Below, piece by piece: positions 26,341 to 39,400 of a stretch of 64,000 bases of DNA (position 1 is its first letter; every line of letters starts with the position of its first letter). The stretch is taken from the NCBI RefSeq assembly GCF_009914755.1, contig NC_060927.1; one strand, given 5' to 3'. A program made the translations under genes and the position numbers. This DNA comes from the human T2T-CHM13v2.0 reference genome, Homo sapiens. Under the pieces are notes generated by a model that saw only the letters and a list, made by a program, of their open reading frames with translations, searched no databases and was not told where the DNA came from.

Positions 26341-26478
26341 ATAAGGCCTTACTGGTCATGGCATTCTGTGTAGAGACATACTAAATATTCATCACTTTCA
26401 GACTTTCAAAGACTCCCTCCATCTAGTTCCTCTTTGTTTCTAATATGATTTATTATTTTATTTTGTGTAAACTGAAAT

Positions 26479-26556
26479 ATTGAACATATACATACAAATT
26501 GAACATATACATAATTGAACATATATACACATATTTAGTTGAACACATATATACAA
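26479..26556. repeat. Short imperfect tandem repeat, about 4 copies of ttgaacatata(ca)
   Basis: Copies start near 26479, 26498, 26514 and 26538. Confidence 0.8.
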
Positions 26557-27019
26557 AAAGTGTATTAAAAGTAGGTGTATACATCAATGAATTTTCACAA
26601 TATGACAAGTATCCTGACTCCTAACACAATAGATTAATTTTACCTGTGTTTGACATGCATATAAATATAATTATTCAATATATATTTCTTTGTGTCTGGT
26701 TTCTTTAACTTTACATTATGTTATAAGATTCATTCATGTTTGCTATTTACAGTAGTAGTTCAAAATTCTCACTGCTGTATAGTCTATTCCATTTTATTAA
26801 TATGCCATAAATTCTTTATTAATTCTTCCATTGATAGAAGTTTGAAGTATCCTGGTTACTATAATCAATGCTCCTATAAACATTTATTTACTTGCTTTTT
26901 GTTGACTATATGACATTTATTTTGTTGGGTATATACCTAGAAGAATTGTTGGATCAGAACTTATGCTTTGGTATATGCAACAAATACTTTTCATGAGTAA
27001 TCGTGCCAATTTATACTTG

Positions 27020-27101
27020 GTATTTGCATGACCCAGAGAATAAGTGCCACCTTAAATTTTGTGTCTTAGGCACTTCACTCAGCTCAGCCTAGTCCTGGCC
27101 T
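27020..27101 (+). mobile_element. Right half of a MER96-like hAT MITE
   Basis: 'ttgcatgacccagagaataagtgccaccttaaattttgtgtcttaggcacttcactcagctcagcctagtcctggcc' matches the MER96 3' arm and TIR. Confidence 0.7.
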
Positions 27102-28287
27102 TCTTTTATTAAGCAGTGTATGAGATTTCATTGCTGGTAGTTATCCCATACATTTTCTGAAATCTTGATCGTTTTACCTTTCTAATTTAGGTCTATAATT
27201 CATGTGGAAATAATTTTTATGTTCGGTTTGAGGTAGGGGCCAAGACTGCATTTTTCTATGTGGATAGTCAGTTGACCCAGCACCATTTTGTAAAATATCA
27301 CCTTTTCTCACTACCCTGCAAGGTCATCACCTCGATCACAGATCAGATAACCATATACATATGAATACTGGACTCTATGTTATTCCATTTATTAATTTTT
27401 CAGTTCTTACATTAATATTATACTAACATCATTGATGTAGTGTTATTATAGTTATTTATATCTTAAATATAATTCTTCCGCCTTCTTCTTTTTCTTCTTC
27501 AAGAGTCCCTTAGCTATTCTTGATTGATTTTCCACTTACATCTGACTTTTTAAATATTTTCAGTCAATTCCTCCCACCATTCACCCCCTAAAAAATTAAC
27601 TTTATGAGATTTTAAGGTATTGTATTGAAACTACTTCCTTATTATGCCTGGGAGCAATGCTGGAGTGGCTTTATACTAAAGCATTTATCTTGTCATTCAG
27701 GCTATCGCAGTTTAGAAAGAGAGAACCATTTCCACCCACAAATTACTACTGTTCAAACTTTAGAATCCTTGCTTAAAAGGCAATCTCGAATAGCTGCACA
27801 ATGGGTACTTGTCACTGTTGCCCATTATATACCCAAGGTCAATCAAGAAAAATAACATGTATAGAGTACTGCCTGAACATCTATTTCTTAAATTAACTGA
27901 TAGCATCCAGGATTCTCCTCTCATGCCATGCCCAGCTCACTGGCAGTCGTTCCCTGGGGCCACATATGAACCTAGGCAAAAGGATTTAACAATCACTTAA
28001 AAATACCTGCCATCAGTGAGGGAGATTCCATGAGTGACAGATATGGATAGCATGTCATTCTGATCCCACACCTGGATACTATCGTCTTCCTCTGCATGAG
28101 ATCAGCATTTTGAAGTCTCTTGCCTGAACCGTTTTGTTTTGGTTCCTCATAGAATCATTTTTTTTTTCTGAATTTCAAGTTATGTTATGATATTGACATA
28201 CCTTAAAATAAATATCTCTAAAAGTCATAGTTTTGCTCACTTTAAGTATATGGTGAAGATAATAGGAAAAATACTGCTTTCTGGTTC

Positions 28288-28575
28288 TTTTTGCTTGTTT
28301 GAAACAGGATCTCATTCTGTCGTCCAGCCTGGAGTGTAATGGAGCAATTTGCTGCAGCATTGACCTCCCAGGCTCAAGCGATCCTCCCATCTCAGCCTCC
28401 TGAGTAGCTAAGACTACAGGCTCATGCCACCACACCTGGCTACTTTTCGTACTTTTTGTAGAGATGGGGTTTTGCCATGTTGCCCAGGCTGGTCTCCATT
28501 TCCTGGGTTCCAGGGATCCTCCTGCCTCAGCCTTCCAGAGGGCTGGGATCACAGGCGTGAGCCACGTGCCTGGCC
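28288..28575 (-). mobile_element. AluJ
   Basis: J-type features 'ccaggctcaagcgatcctccca' and 'gttgcccaggctggtctc'; degenerate TSD gctttctggtt/gctttcagatt. Confidence 0.93.
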
Positions 28576-30289
28576 CGCTTTCAGATTTCTACTTGGGAGA
28601 CTTGAGTTTTCAAACAGTTTTGTTTTTATCTTAGGGAGACTATACATTTTACAACTAATTATATGCTTCAAGTTGGGATTAAAACGTTAGAAACTATTCT
28701 ACAGATGATAGTACGTGGGTAATTTTTTAAAGAATCAATTTGAGTCTAATATTATTCTTGTCTTTATGTCTTTATCCTATATTTCTTTTTGTTCTCATTT
28801 TCCTCTCCACTTATTTTTTCATCTTATTTATTTGTTTTTGTAATATTGTTACTTTTGTTGTACTATTTCCAGTTTTAAGGTTTTTTTTTTTTTTTTTCTT
28901 GAAAGTGTTTTGGAATGAAAAAATGAATGACTATATCAGTCTTAGCATAGAAGATAGGTAGAGAGAATTGGGGAAACACTGCTTGAGAGAAAAATATTGA
29001 AATGGTTTTAAAAGGGTTTTGTGGGTAAATACATTAATAACCTTTGACCATGAAATCAACAGTTATGAGTTGAAAATAATTTAAATAGAAAAAATACTAT
29101 TAAAAGAAGAAGAAAAAAGGCGGCATGTTAGAGGACCCTGTGATAACCACTGAGGGACAAGCCAATGACAGCTTGTTTATTGTCCAAAGCAAACCATGAG
29201 ATCAAGGTATCAGATGGGATAATAAGTTTTGTAGGCTAGGGAAAGCAGTTTTCTATATCCGAGGCCATTGACAAGTTAGGTTTTCAAACATACAATGGCA
29301 TTATAAAGTTTTAAAGTTACTCTGAATTCTAAGATAATGTTTCCTTGCAGAAGATCACTTCACTCAACATCAGCCAGGAATGGGAGAAATGGTGAGCTGG
29401 GCAGTCCCACAGGCTGACCACATAGGTTCTGCGAATGCAAAACAGATAAAGCGTTGGGCTACATGAAGACAGTGTGCACTGACAGCCATTAAATGTTTTA
29501 ACCAATCCCTGCCATAAAGTTGAATCAGGAATTAGGAGCTTTCCTCTGGAAGTCAGGAAGAAAGACACACAAACACATACTGACACACACACACACTTCT
29601 GAGAACAATATTGGAAGGGTTGCACTGAAAGAGGAATCTGCCTTGTGATTTAGGGAAGAAAATTATGAGGTCAGACCTGCTCTAAGGACTAAAGACAAGT
29701 AGATTAAAACATTGCTTGGTAGTGAAGGGTTCTCTTGAGGCCAGACTTACAGCTTCTTTCCCCTGACCATTCTGGAGCTAGTAAGGAAAATTCTCAAGTG
29801 GGGATGGACAGCAGCATGGCCTAACATATAAATACTAGCCATTTTTAAACAACCTAAAATTTACTTTGTATCCTAATAAACTAATGAAATTTCACTATAA
29901 TATTTCCACAGAAATACTATAACATAAAAAAATACATAAAATAGTTTTCTGCTTTCTATATGTATTAAATGCACAAATGCCTTAAACTATTGAGAAACGT
30001 TTATGGCACATAAGCACATCTAAAGCAAATGCTAGTTTATTTCATTAAGTTATATTCAGAACGTTACCTTAGAGAATTTTTTAAACTCTACCACTTAAAT
30101 TCTCCAAGAACCCATTTCACATCAGCAAAATATGAGTGCTTTCAGGCTATTAAACTGTAAAGCCCTTTAATTATGTATAACTACTGGAGGTTGAGTTTGC
30201 CCACAGTATCTCATGGACAACCACAGTGTCATATATACTTGGAAGATAAAATGTAGATTTTAGTTTATGTTGCTTAAGTTTAAATAAAC

Positions 30290-30411
30290 TTATTAAAATG
30301 TGTTTCTCACCAAAATAATTATTTCACACAAATATACTTTAAAAATATATTATTAAAATGTGCTTCTCACCAAAATAATTATTTCCTACAAATGTACTTT
30401 AAAAATATATT
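30290..30411. repeat. 60-bp tandem duplication (2 copies, 4 mismatches)
   Basis: ttattaaaatgtg(t/c)ttctcaccaaaataattatttc(ac/ct)acaaat(a/g)tactttaaaaatata at 30290-30349 and 30350-30409. Confidence 0.95.
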
Positions 30412-30939
30412 TCCCCATTCTAATTGCTCAAAATAATAATAAAGTACGATTTTCTTCAATAATACTGTAATAACAGTTTAAAATATTACATACGGTGAAA
30501 GCAGAATATTACATTAAAATAGCATTAGCAATTATTTTAATTTTGCCCAACAATATAATTACCCTTATGCCTTATTTTCATGTATAACAACTGTGCAAGA
30601 GATAGTTGGACAAAGATGCTGTAGATGTAGGCAATTCCACCAAAGAGTCACACATGACATAAAATACAATAGGTGTTGAAAAATAAATACCCTACAATGG
30701 CAGCATATTGTGTTGTCTAAAGAAGGTTTATGGTAAGGGAGGGACATTCAAATTAGAACTTATAAATGTATAATAAAAGTACTAGGCTTATTGGTTTATA
30801 AATTTTTGAAAATATTTTCTCCCTTCAATGTTAGAATTAGCAGTTGGGAAAAGAGTACACAAACATTTGGAAAGAATGATAAAATATATGTGTCAGTTTT
30901 AAGGTGGGTGAAAAAGGTTAAAACATAAACGAAAATTAC

Positions 30940-31515
30940 TGTAGGACTGTAGATAAAATATTTTCATTTCTTTGCTTGGCTAGGGCTTTCCAAACAAATG
31001 GGACTTGGGGTAAGGGACAGCTTGGGATTCAAAGAGCTGACTAAAAAGATATAATTCTGAAAAGAGTTAAACTTTCCATAGGTGTGTATTTAAATATCAA
31101 AATGGAATGGACTCTGGAGCTATGAAGACACTTCAGGGGTTGTCAATCTGGAGACACTTACCTTGTATTTCCCTGGAGTCATTTATTTATTCAAAACACA
31201 AGATATTTAGGAAACTTCCCTTTCTCTCCCTAAGGGGAATTTATTTACATTGAGAGGGGTTTCTCTCCCTATCCTTAAGAAGGAGGAAAGAGGAAGGCAA
31301 TATATGTAAGATCTCAATTCAAGTTTGTTTGATTCACCTCTTGTGGTGTTAAGAGTCCCCATTTTGCGCATGTGCAGAGTCTATCTGGTTCTCATAGCAC
31401 CAGCTAACGGGCACTAATAAGGGGGAAAGGTTGGCACATGTGAAACCAATGCTGCCGGTGCTGCAGTAACTGACAATAACTCTCATCTGTGCTCCATAAA
31501 CCTCACTTGTATTCA
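30940..31515 (+). mobile_element. ERVL LTR (LTR40/LTR41-like)
   Basis: LTR40/41-like segments 'gcgcatgtgcagagtctatctgg', 'gggggaaagg', 'atgctgccggtgctgcagtaactgacaataac'. Confidence 0.5.
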
Positions 31516-32339
31516 GGATAATAAAAGTATAGAAATGAAAAAGCTATCAGTCATCAGACAAATGAGAGCTTTTCATATACTCCAGTTTACACCGCTTGTT
31601 TTTATTACTCAGTTACAAGGAAATAGTCACTGTAACTTTCTCTTAAAGTCTGCAATTCTTAATAAAATAACAACAGAACTTCAAAATAGAGTGTGATATT
31701 TTCATTTCATATGGAGTATGGAATTCCGACATAATTTTATCAATGTGCATACGCAAATTTTCTAGTTTCATTTATTTATTTCCACTTCACCGGCATTTAA
31801 TATTCTGCTTCCTCATATTCTCTGTTCAGTAAAACTTCTAAATTACTGACAATAATAAAACATGTATTTTTTTCTTTTTATTCTCATCCTGTGAGTAGCA
31901 AACATTTTTTCAGATGACTTCAAAATCATTTTTGAAACATCTCCTTGTCTTTTTCAAATCAAGGTATATTTAATGCTTTATTTATTTTTGCATTATTTGC
32001 ATTGCTTTAGATCAATTTAATGAAAAAATAAGAAAAACTTCATTTTCCTATTCACTTTCATTCTAATGGTCAGTGTATTTTTAGGAACAGAATTCCTGTG
32101 GGGTGGTGAGGACAGGCAGCTAAACTGACTAAGATTGTGTTCAGGCCTGTGATTTATTAGAAATGGAGTAATAAAAGTCATTTGACAATATGTTTGTTAT
32201 TATAAAACTTTCATTTTTTTCTCTAAAGTGGTTTATTAGAAAAGGAGTTGTACTGCAATGCAGTAGAATTGTGCCACAATTTCTGTTCTTCCAATTTTAT
32301 ATTTGTGATTTCAAATTCCCTAACATTTACAGCCTTCAA

Positions 32340-32867
32340 TTTCTCACCAATTTAAAAAGCAAAACAAAAACAGATTGTGTAAATAAGTTCTACAAATCAA
32401 TAAAAAAAAAGAGAGACTAAACTTTGAAAAGCAGAGAAAATTCTTGAACAGGTACTTCATCTTAGTATATAAAAATGGCCAATAAGTATATGAAATGGTT
32501 GTCAATGTCATTAGTCATCAGGGTAATGGATATTTAAACAAAAATGAGATATTACCAAAACAAAATAAGAAAAGAACAATAATAAATATTGGCAAGAATA
32601 TGCAGCCACTAACATATTCACAATGTTGGTGAAAGTATAAATTGCCACAAAAACTATGAAAAAAATTCTAAAACCCCTACTAAAGATAAAGATATATTTA
32701 CCTTGTGACTCAAGAATTCTATTCCATGGTATATACCAAAAACATATAAGCAGTTATGATCAACAAAAAGGTGGACAAGAATGTTTATATAAGTTCTAGA
32801 CATGATAGGTAAAACCTTCAAACAGGTAAAATGTCCACTTAAAAGAAGGCTATATAAACAGTGGTAT
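32340..32867 (+). mobile_element. Old L1M ORF2 3' fragment (continues briefly after 33357)
   Basis: 'aaatggccaataagtatatgaaa..tcattagtcatcaggg', 'acaagaatgtttata', 'aaatgtccac..ataaacagtggtat'. Confidence 0.8.
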
Positions 32868-33353
32868 TGAGGTAGGAGGTGAGATTTGACTCTGGAGGCA
32901 GGCTTCAGACACCAGATCAAATTGAAGACTAGCTGAAACAGGGATGGGGAGAAGGAGCTTTCCATAAAACATACCCACCAATGTGCCATGTCAGTTTAGC
33001 ATTGCCATGGCAACACCTGGAAGTTACTGCTCCTTTCCATGGCTATGACCTGGCAACCAGGAAGTTACCACCTTTTTCTAGAAATTTCTGCATAATATAC
33101 TCCTTCATTTGCATGTAATTAAAAGTGGGTATAAATATGACTACAGAACTGCCTTTGGGCTGCTACTCTGGGCACACTGCCTATGGGTTAGCCCTGCTCT
33201 GCAAGAAGGAGTATCTCTGCTGATGCTGTACACTGGTGCTTCAGTGAAGGTTCCTGTTTAACAGCACTGGCTCACCCTTGAATTCTTTCCTGGGTGAAGC
33301 CGAGAGCCCTTCTAGACTAAGCACCAGTTTTAGGGCTCTCCTGCCCTACCTCA
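32868..33353 (+). mobile_element. ERV1 solo LTR, MER66-like
   Basis: TG...CA termini, starts 'tgaggtaggaggtgagatttgactctggagg'; perfect 4-bp TSD GTAT at 32864-32867 and 33354-33357. Confidence 0.88.
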
Positions 33354-35534
33354 GTATAACCACAAAATATATTATTATATGGCATTCTGTAATTCTTTAC
33401 AACTCTCAATTACTTTTCTATTCTTCTTATTATTTTTATCTATGTTTACCTACTATCCTTTGCTTCATCTCCTTCCCGGACAATATGAACTGTTACCGTG
33501 CCTGGCAGTTTCCTAAAACTCAAATGAATTATTTGACTTACAGCTATGTCTTTAACATTTCCACTGCATCACGGGCAACTTACACTTAACTATCTTACCC
33601 ACCCTAAACAAATATTTATAATTTATATTGCAAACAGACCAAAGTAGCAATATCATGCTCCAATTATAAGCTGATTTTCTACAATGGATTGGTAGAAGGG
33701 CATCAAAAGATACTAATCCTATAATTTGATGTTAGTATGTACACTTTTGAATAACTGTTACATTAATTCTGATTCAATGTTTGGTCTTATACTGAGGCCT
33801 CAACTTCAACATCTAGAAAATATATTATTGAAGAATTATTTCTTCAATTTGAAATTCATTAAAATAAATAAATACATATATTACATTTCTTAATAAATCC
33901 AGGTATTTACTTATTTTATTTTTTATCTTTTACTATTTAAATAATACTCTTAGGGATCAGTCATTATTTGTTGGCATGTGTTTTCTAAAAATGATAAAAT
34001 AAGGTAAAACAAAGCTTTATATAAAATCCACATCTCTTATGGCATAATAAAACTGTGATATTTTTCTCTTTTTTCTGAGGAATTTGTCATAGCATACATC
34101 TCAGATTATTCCTCACACACACACGTGTGTTTTCAATCCCATGTTATTTTAAGAGTACCTTCTCCATAACAATGTGATAGCACATGGAAATTCTAGGGGA
34201 TTTTATACCTCAGGAAACATCAATACAATGCAAATGATGATTTACTGGTTTTCTTTTATCTATGATCTTTTATTCATTGCCTCATGTAGAGCAAATGTGA
34301 GATGTAGTCTTTGTTCCTCAAATACAGAGAGAGGTTGCAGAATTCCTGAATCAGTGATCCTTTATTGAAAAAAAAAATATGAGAAGACAAGGACTCATTA
34401 TTTTTACATTGTATTTTGTGCTAAATCTTTTTAGCATTTAAAAAATTCTAATAGAAATGATTTCTCTTTGGAAAGTGAGTTTGATTTTGGCTTTTAAGTG
34501 TCATATATAATGGTTTTTTAAGTTAAAAAAAGGATTTTTATTAAATAAAAATTTAAAATACAATTTTGTTAAATTCAAATAGTCATTGTTGGCATCCATA
34601 AACCTACTTTAAATTTTCTTCACTTGAGCTGTGATGGCATGATGAGAAGCAAAGTGTAAATACCAGAAATCAAGCATTAGTGCTATTTGCTAAATAGATG
34701 ATATTGCTTTTGAAAAGTAACAGTATTTAATATTTAATTTCAATACTTAATTTACAAATATAACAAGTTATAGGGTTGACACAGTCTCAGAGCTGAAGAG
34801 AACCCTGTCATTAAAACCAAGGATTTTCTAATGAATGAATTTCCTTAAAAATTTTCTCCAAGTCATTTCTAATGAAAAAAAAATGAGTGTCCAAGTGTCT
34901 CTGGCAAGAAGCTGTTCATTTCATTTTTGGATAGTCAGTGCTTTGTTAATTTGATTTTTGTGGTTGTTTGCTCATTTTCAGATTGGGACATAACTATCTA
35001 CATGTAAATTTTGACCGGTAGTTCCATATAAGTTCTGTATTCTGAGTACACAAAGAAGACATGTAATCACACGACAGCATAGAAAATTAATATAGACACT
35101 TCTTATGACCTTTCAGAGATGGCTCCCCCAGGCTAATCATCTTCTTACTCATGTCTTTTAACCATTTTCTCTCTTTTAGTACCATTTCCCTCTCTCTCCG
35201 TCCTTTCTTTCTTTCCATCTTCATTCTTTGACTGTTTTGAATAAGCATCTAACTGTAATCCAGTATATGTCAAACATTGCAGTGGCTCTTTGGGTTATAA
35301 AGTTAAATGGAGAGATACCGCCTTCAAATAACTTTAATAAACTGCCTAGTGGGAGCTAAGCAAATGATTTCAGACCAATAAAACAATGGCTATACTGGAA
35401 AGAAACACATAGATTATTAATGTGTTCATTCCTGACAATAACGCTCCAGACATGGTTATTAAGCTCTTTATTTTTCTAACGATAAAGGTAATATATGCCC
35501 ATAATAGAAAAATGTAATGTAATTATAATAACCA

Positions 35535-35790
35535 TTATTATTATTATTATGGTGAGCATTTATTATGCATTTACTTGGTGTTAAGCAATTTACTAAGTAG
35601 TTTGCATGTATTATCTTGGCTAAAATTCACAATGAAACTTTGCTGTATGTCCTGTTGTTGTCATTTTCAGGTGTAAAAAGCATACAAAACGACATTAAGT
35701 GATTTGCATTTGTTTATACTTCTACAGATTGGAAGTTCTACGTTTGAGCCAAGGTCATTTGATTCCTGAGCCTGCACTTTCTTAATGCTC
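35535..35790 (-). mobile_element. MIR (MIRb-like)
   Basis: 'agcatttattatgcatttact...tttgcatgtattatct...ttaagtgatttgc...tttgagccaaggtcatttgattcctgagcc'. Confidence 0.7.
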
Positions 35791-37992
35791 TAAATAATAT
35801 CAATATTACTCAAATTGCATTGATGAACCTGTTCTGTTCTTGACTTCTCACATTCATTTTCCCTTTCCTTTAGTCACAGCACTTTGCTTTTTTTTTTTTA
35901 ATTCAAGTATTCATTCCAAACTGTGAAGCTTGCTTCATTACGTACAGCCCTAAGCGTGTGCCACAAAGAAATCAGCAATACCTTCTTCCTCTGGATATAT
36001 GAATGTTTCATAGATGACCATGACAGTCCACTTTAGCCAAGGAAATATTGAGTATGGACCTCTGAAAAAGAAAAATCCCTCATTCTGCTGCAGAAGACAC
36101 CCAAAGAAACGTAAATTTATCCTGAGAGTGAACAAGGAAGAAAACAACCCTTTGAAGCCTTCGGAAGTCATCCTGTGAACAGGGGAAGAACTTAGCTTAT
36201 GTATCTTAAAAGGCAAAAAATATAAACAAAATTTGCCAAACCATGTTACAAGATCAATCCTTATTTGAAATATTCAGATAGTTTGTCAAAACTGTTCCCT
36301 TCCTAATCTGGCCTGTTTGGATTGGGTATCTGTTATTTGAAAGCAAATTATTCCAATCTGATATTGTTCCATAAACAGGACATTATTTATTAGCCTCATA
36401 GTGGAGAAAAGTACAAAGCCGTGCTTCTTATTATCCGCTTCAAATCTTCTCCAACCACAGTCTTGCTGACTCAGTGAGCCTTGACACAGAACTCTCCCAC
36501 TTCTCCTTCGAAATTCATATAGATACTTAAATTTGAAATGTTACTGAAATAATATGGTTATAAAAACAGATTCTTCCTTAAAAGACTCATGTTAAGAACC
36601 ATGCAGGGAAGTTTGAAGATTGGAGTGGGATAAGTGATATCCATTTATACATTTTTTTCAACAACATTAATTAAGTATCTATTGTGTGTCTGCCCTGGGG
36701 GTTGAAATTTGGGCACATAAACACAACACCAGGGCTCAGAGAACTTATGGAGTTTACAGTATAGTTCTCTTCCAATATATACATAGTCTTTAGTGAGACT
36801 AAAAGCAGACACAGTGATCAAACAGTTTAGAGTTTAATAGAAAATAAATGTAAAAACATGTAACACAAATTTTTCTAGTAACATAATCAATCTAAAATGT
36901 CAAAATGAACCAAATGTTCGTGTGTTTAACAAGTGACCTTCAACTACTTGGACATGAAATGATCGATAATTAGAAAAATGTCATAAAGGTTTCATGTTGT
37001 TCCTGTAGGAATCTTTGCTACACAGAAGAAGTGACATACATTCCACTGTTTTGACATGATTAAGTGTCAAGGGAGTGACATTTCTGAGGTAATGCAAGGG
37101 TGACTTACGCTGACCAAAAAGGCAGAGTTCTATTACCAGGTGTTCAAAGAATATGGATGTACAACATTCACGATTGTAAATGATTAATAATTTAACATAA
37201 CTGGATGCTTCTTTTGAATAGGAAGAGAAAAATTACTGAAATAAAGAAACACATCCCAACACAAAGAGCAAGCAACATTACCTTGGAAATGTTCAGTGTT
37301 TCTTTTTTTCATTTTTATACTGTTACTTATAGATTTTGCTAAAAATAAGTACGTTAGGTAAACTGGATGGATGTTAAATGAAACAATATGAGTCAGGCAT
37401 TTCCAAAAAGTCTGGCCTTATTTAACTATTTAAGGGTAATTATTATTGGTTAAATATTATTAGTTATCTATTCTATATTTTAAAATTAGGTGTATTTGAA
37501 AGTAAAATATGTAAAATAATTTCCTTATACTATTTTAGAGAAAAATATATTATATATTTTATTCGAGAAAAACATGACATAAAATATGCATTTTTCTGAT
37601 CTATTTATAAATAAAATATTATTGTTAGAGTGGAAAAACTAAAAAATCTATAATTTACAAAAAATAGTTATCTGAATTTTATTTATGTTTATGGAAAGTA
37701 GACATCCTTTCTTTTCTGTTCTTCAATTAGCACATTGTGAAATTATTCATGTAGGCAAGATTCAGTTAAATTTGTCACTAACTTGGTTAAGAATAGTATG
37801 TAAATTTTTTAAAAAATTTTTAAAAATGTGTGTTTAAATACAAAGCTTATAATTGTAATGTGGGAGGAACTTCTTTGAATGACAAAAGATTGTAATATGG
37901 AATATTATCAGTTTAAGAAACAGATTGGAGGAAGATCAAAAATAGATCTAACTTAAAACTACAGTAGAAAACAGAAGAAATAAGGAGAGTAG

Positions 37993-38451
37993 TGTTAAAA
38001 AAATTATTTAATGTTGCTTGTTAAAGCATGGTAAGGAAGACTTTACACAGGATCATCATAAGGGTAGGACCACTGCCTGGCGGGTTGTGGGTGTCGGGGA
38101 GAGACAGACTGGGCTCAACACTGAATACAGCATGGGCAGTTAGGAACTTATAACCAAAGAGTACAGTGGGGTGGAGGTCAGTGGATCAGGGTAAGGGGGA
38201 TTCTGGCTAAATGATTCAAACAGGATTCTTTCTAAGACTAGCCAGGGTGATCAGAACAACCTAAGGGATGTTGGAAAATGAGGAACTGCATTAGATATCA
38301 AGGATGATCAAATAGCAAGGATGGGGTTTCTGGTAAACTGATTTAGCTGGGTTCTTTGCTAAAACTGAAGTTTACAAGGAAGTGCATAGAAGTGCCTAGG
38401 AGAAGGTTCAGAATCTCAGCTGACGTTTGGCCAGGTGAATAATCTTTGTCA
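37993..38451 (-). mobile_element. ERV1 solo LTR, MER31-like
   Basis: Reverse complement starts TGACAAAGATT...GGCCAAAC; contains 'ggttctttgctaaaactg..tttacaaggaagtgca' and 'cttgttaaagcatggtaaggaagacttta'. Confidence 0.8.
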
Positions 38452-38534
38452 GTGTTTATAAAAGTCATGTTATCTCCATGCATTATTGCATTCAGCAGAT
38501 ATTTATTATGGGTAAATAAAAACAGTTGAGATTT

Positions 38535-38790
38535 ATTAATTCAGCCATTCAATATTTAATGGGCACCAGTCAAGCCATTTAGAAGATAATTCTGAAAAAA
38601 AGAGACAAAATCTCTTTCCTCATGAAATGTACATTATAATGGAAAAACAGACAAAACGGAACAATAAAGAAATGCATATTTATTATATGGGTTAACAGTG
38701 CCATGAGGAAAAGTTAAGCAGGATAAAATTTCTGTGGGACAGGCTCTTTTAGAAAAAATAATTGGAGAAGGCCTCACTCACCATGTACAA
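38535..38790 (-). mobile_element. L2 fragment
   Basis: 'ttcaatatttaatgggcacc', 'agacaaaatctctttcctcatgaa', 'gagaaggcctcact'. Confidence 0.6.
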
Positions 38791-38989
38791 ATGTAAGATT
38801 ATATGAAAAGAAGAAAATATTGTGAGCCATTATTTCGTCTTCCCCTCTCTGAATTTCTCCATTATTAATAAAAAACAGAATATTTTAATTAATTGCACAC
38901 TATTCAATATTTTTTGGAAATTATACAGTGTTTCAAATTAAAGTGTATGTTCAATTTAAACCATTATATCACAGCTAGAATACATTCTG

Positions 38990-39400
38990 AAGTCATTACC
39001 TTGGGCCCAACATAAGGTGCATCCTCCCGCTTTCTTGCCATGATCCTTCCACTAACCTTCTCTCCCCTTGTCAGCATGGATGCAGGTACCCCAAAACATT
39101 ACTCCTTTCTGTCTCGAGACTTTTGAACTTGCTTTTTTTGTCCTTTCTGGAACATTTTCCTTTCATGCATTTATGTAGCTCTTCCCAAACCCCCACTTCC
39201 ATTTCTTTTAAGTCTCTGTGATGGCAAAGTCATTATATCTAACATAGCAGTCCTGTCACACTCTATCCTCATACACAGCTGTACTTTTCTCATATTGACA
39301 TATTTAATATTGCCTCTGCCAGTCCAGAAACATGGTCTTTCTTATTCATTCCTCATTTTGCACTGCCTAGCACATAGTGAGTATGTGCACCCACTATATA
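38990..39400 (+). mobile_element. L2 3' fragment
   Basis: 'ttttgaacttgct...ttctggaacattttcc' and 'actgcctagcacatagtgagt'. Confidence 0.55.

Larger units (their letters stand above)
26450..27620 (-). mobile_element. L1ME-like element (3' UTR plus ORF2 fragments), interrupted by MER96
   Basis: 'ttttgttgggtatatacctaga', 'tttaggtctataattcat', 'gtcagttgacccagcaccattt'. Confidence 0.75.

Noticed and set aside
26479-26556. Repeated 'ttgaacatata' units superficially like a CRISPR repeat-spacer array
   Set aside because: Units are too short, have no unique spacers, sit in a eukaryotic L1 relic and have no cas genes nearby; simple slippage repeat.
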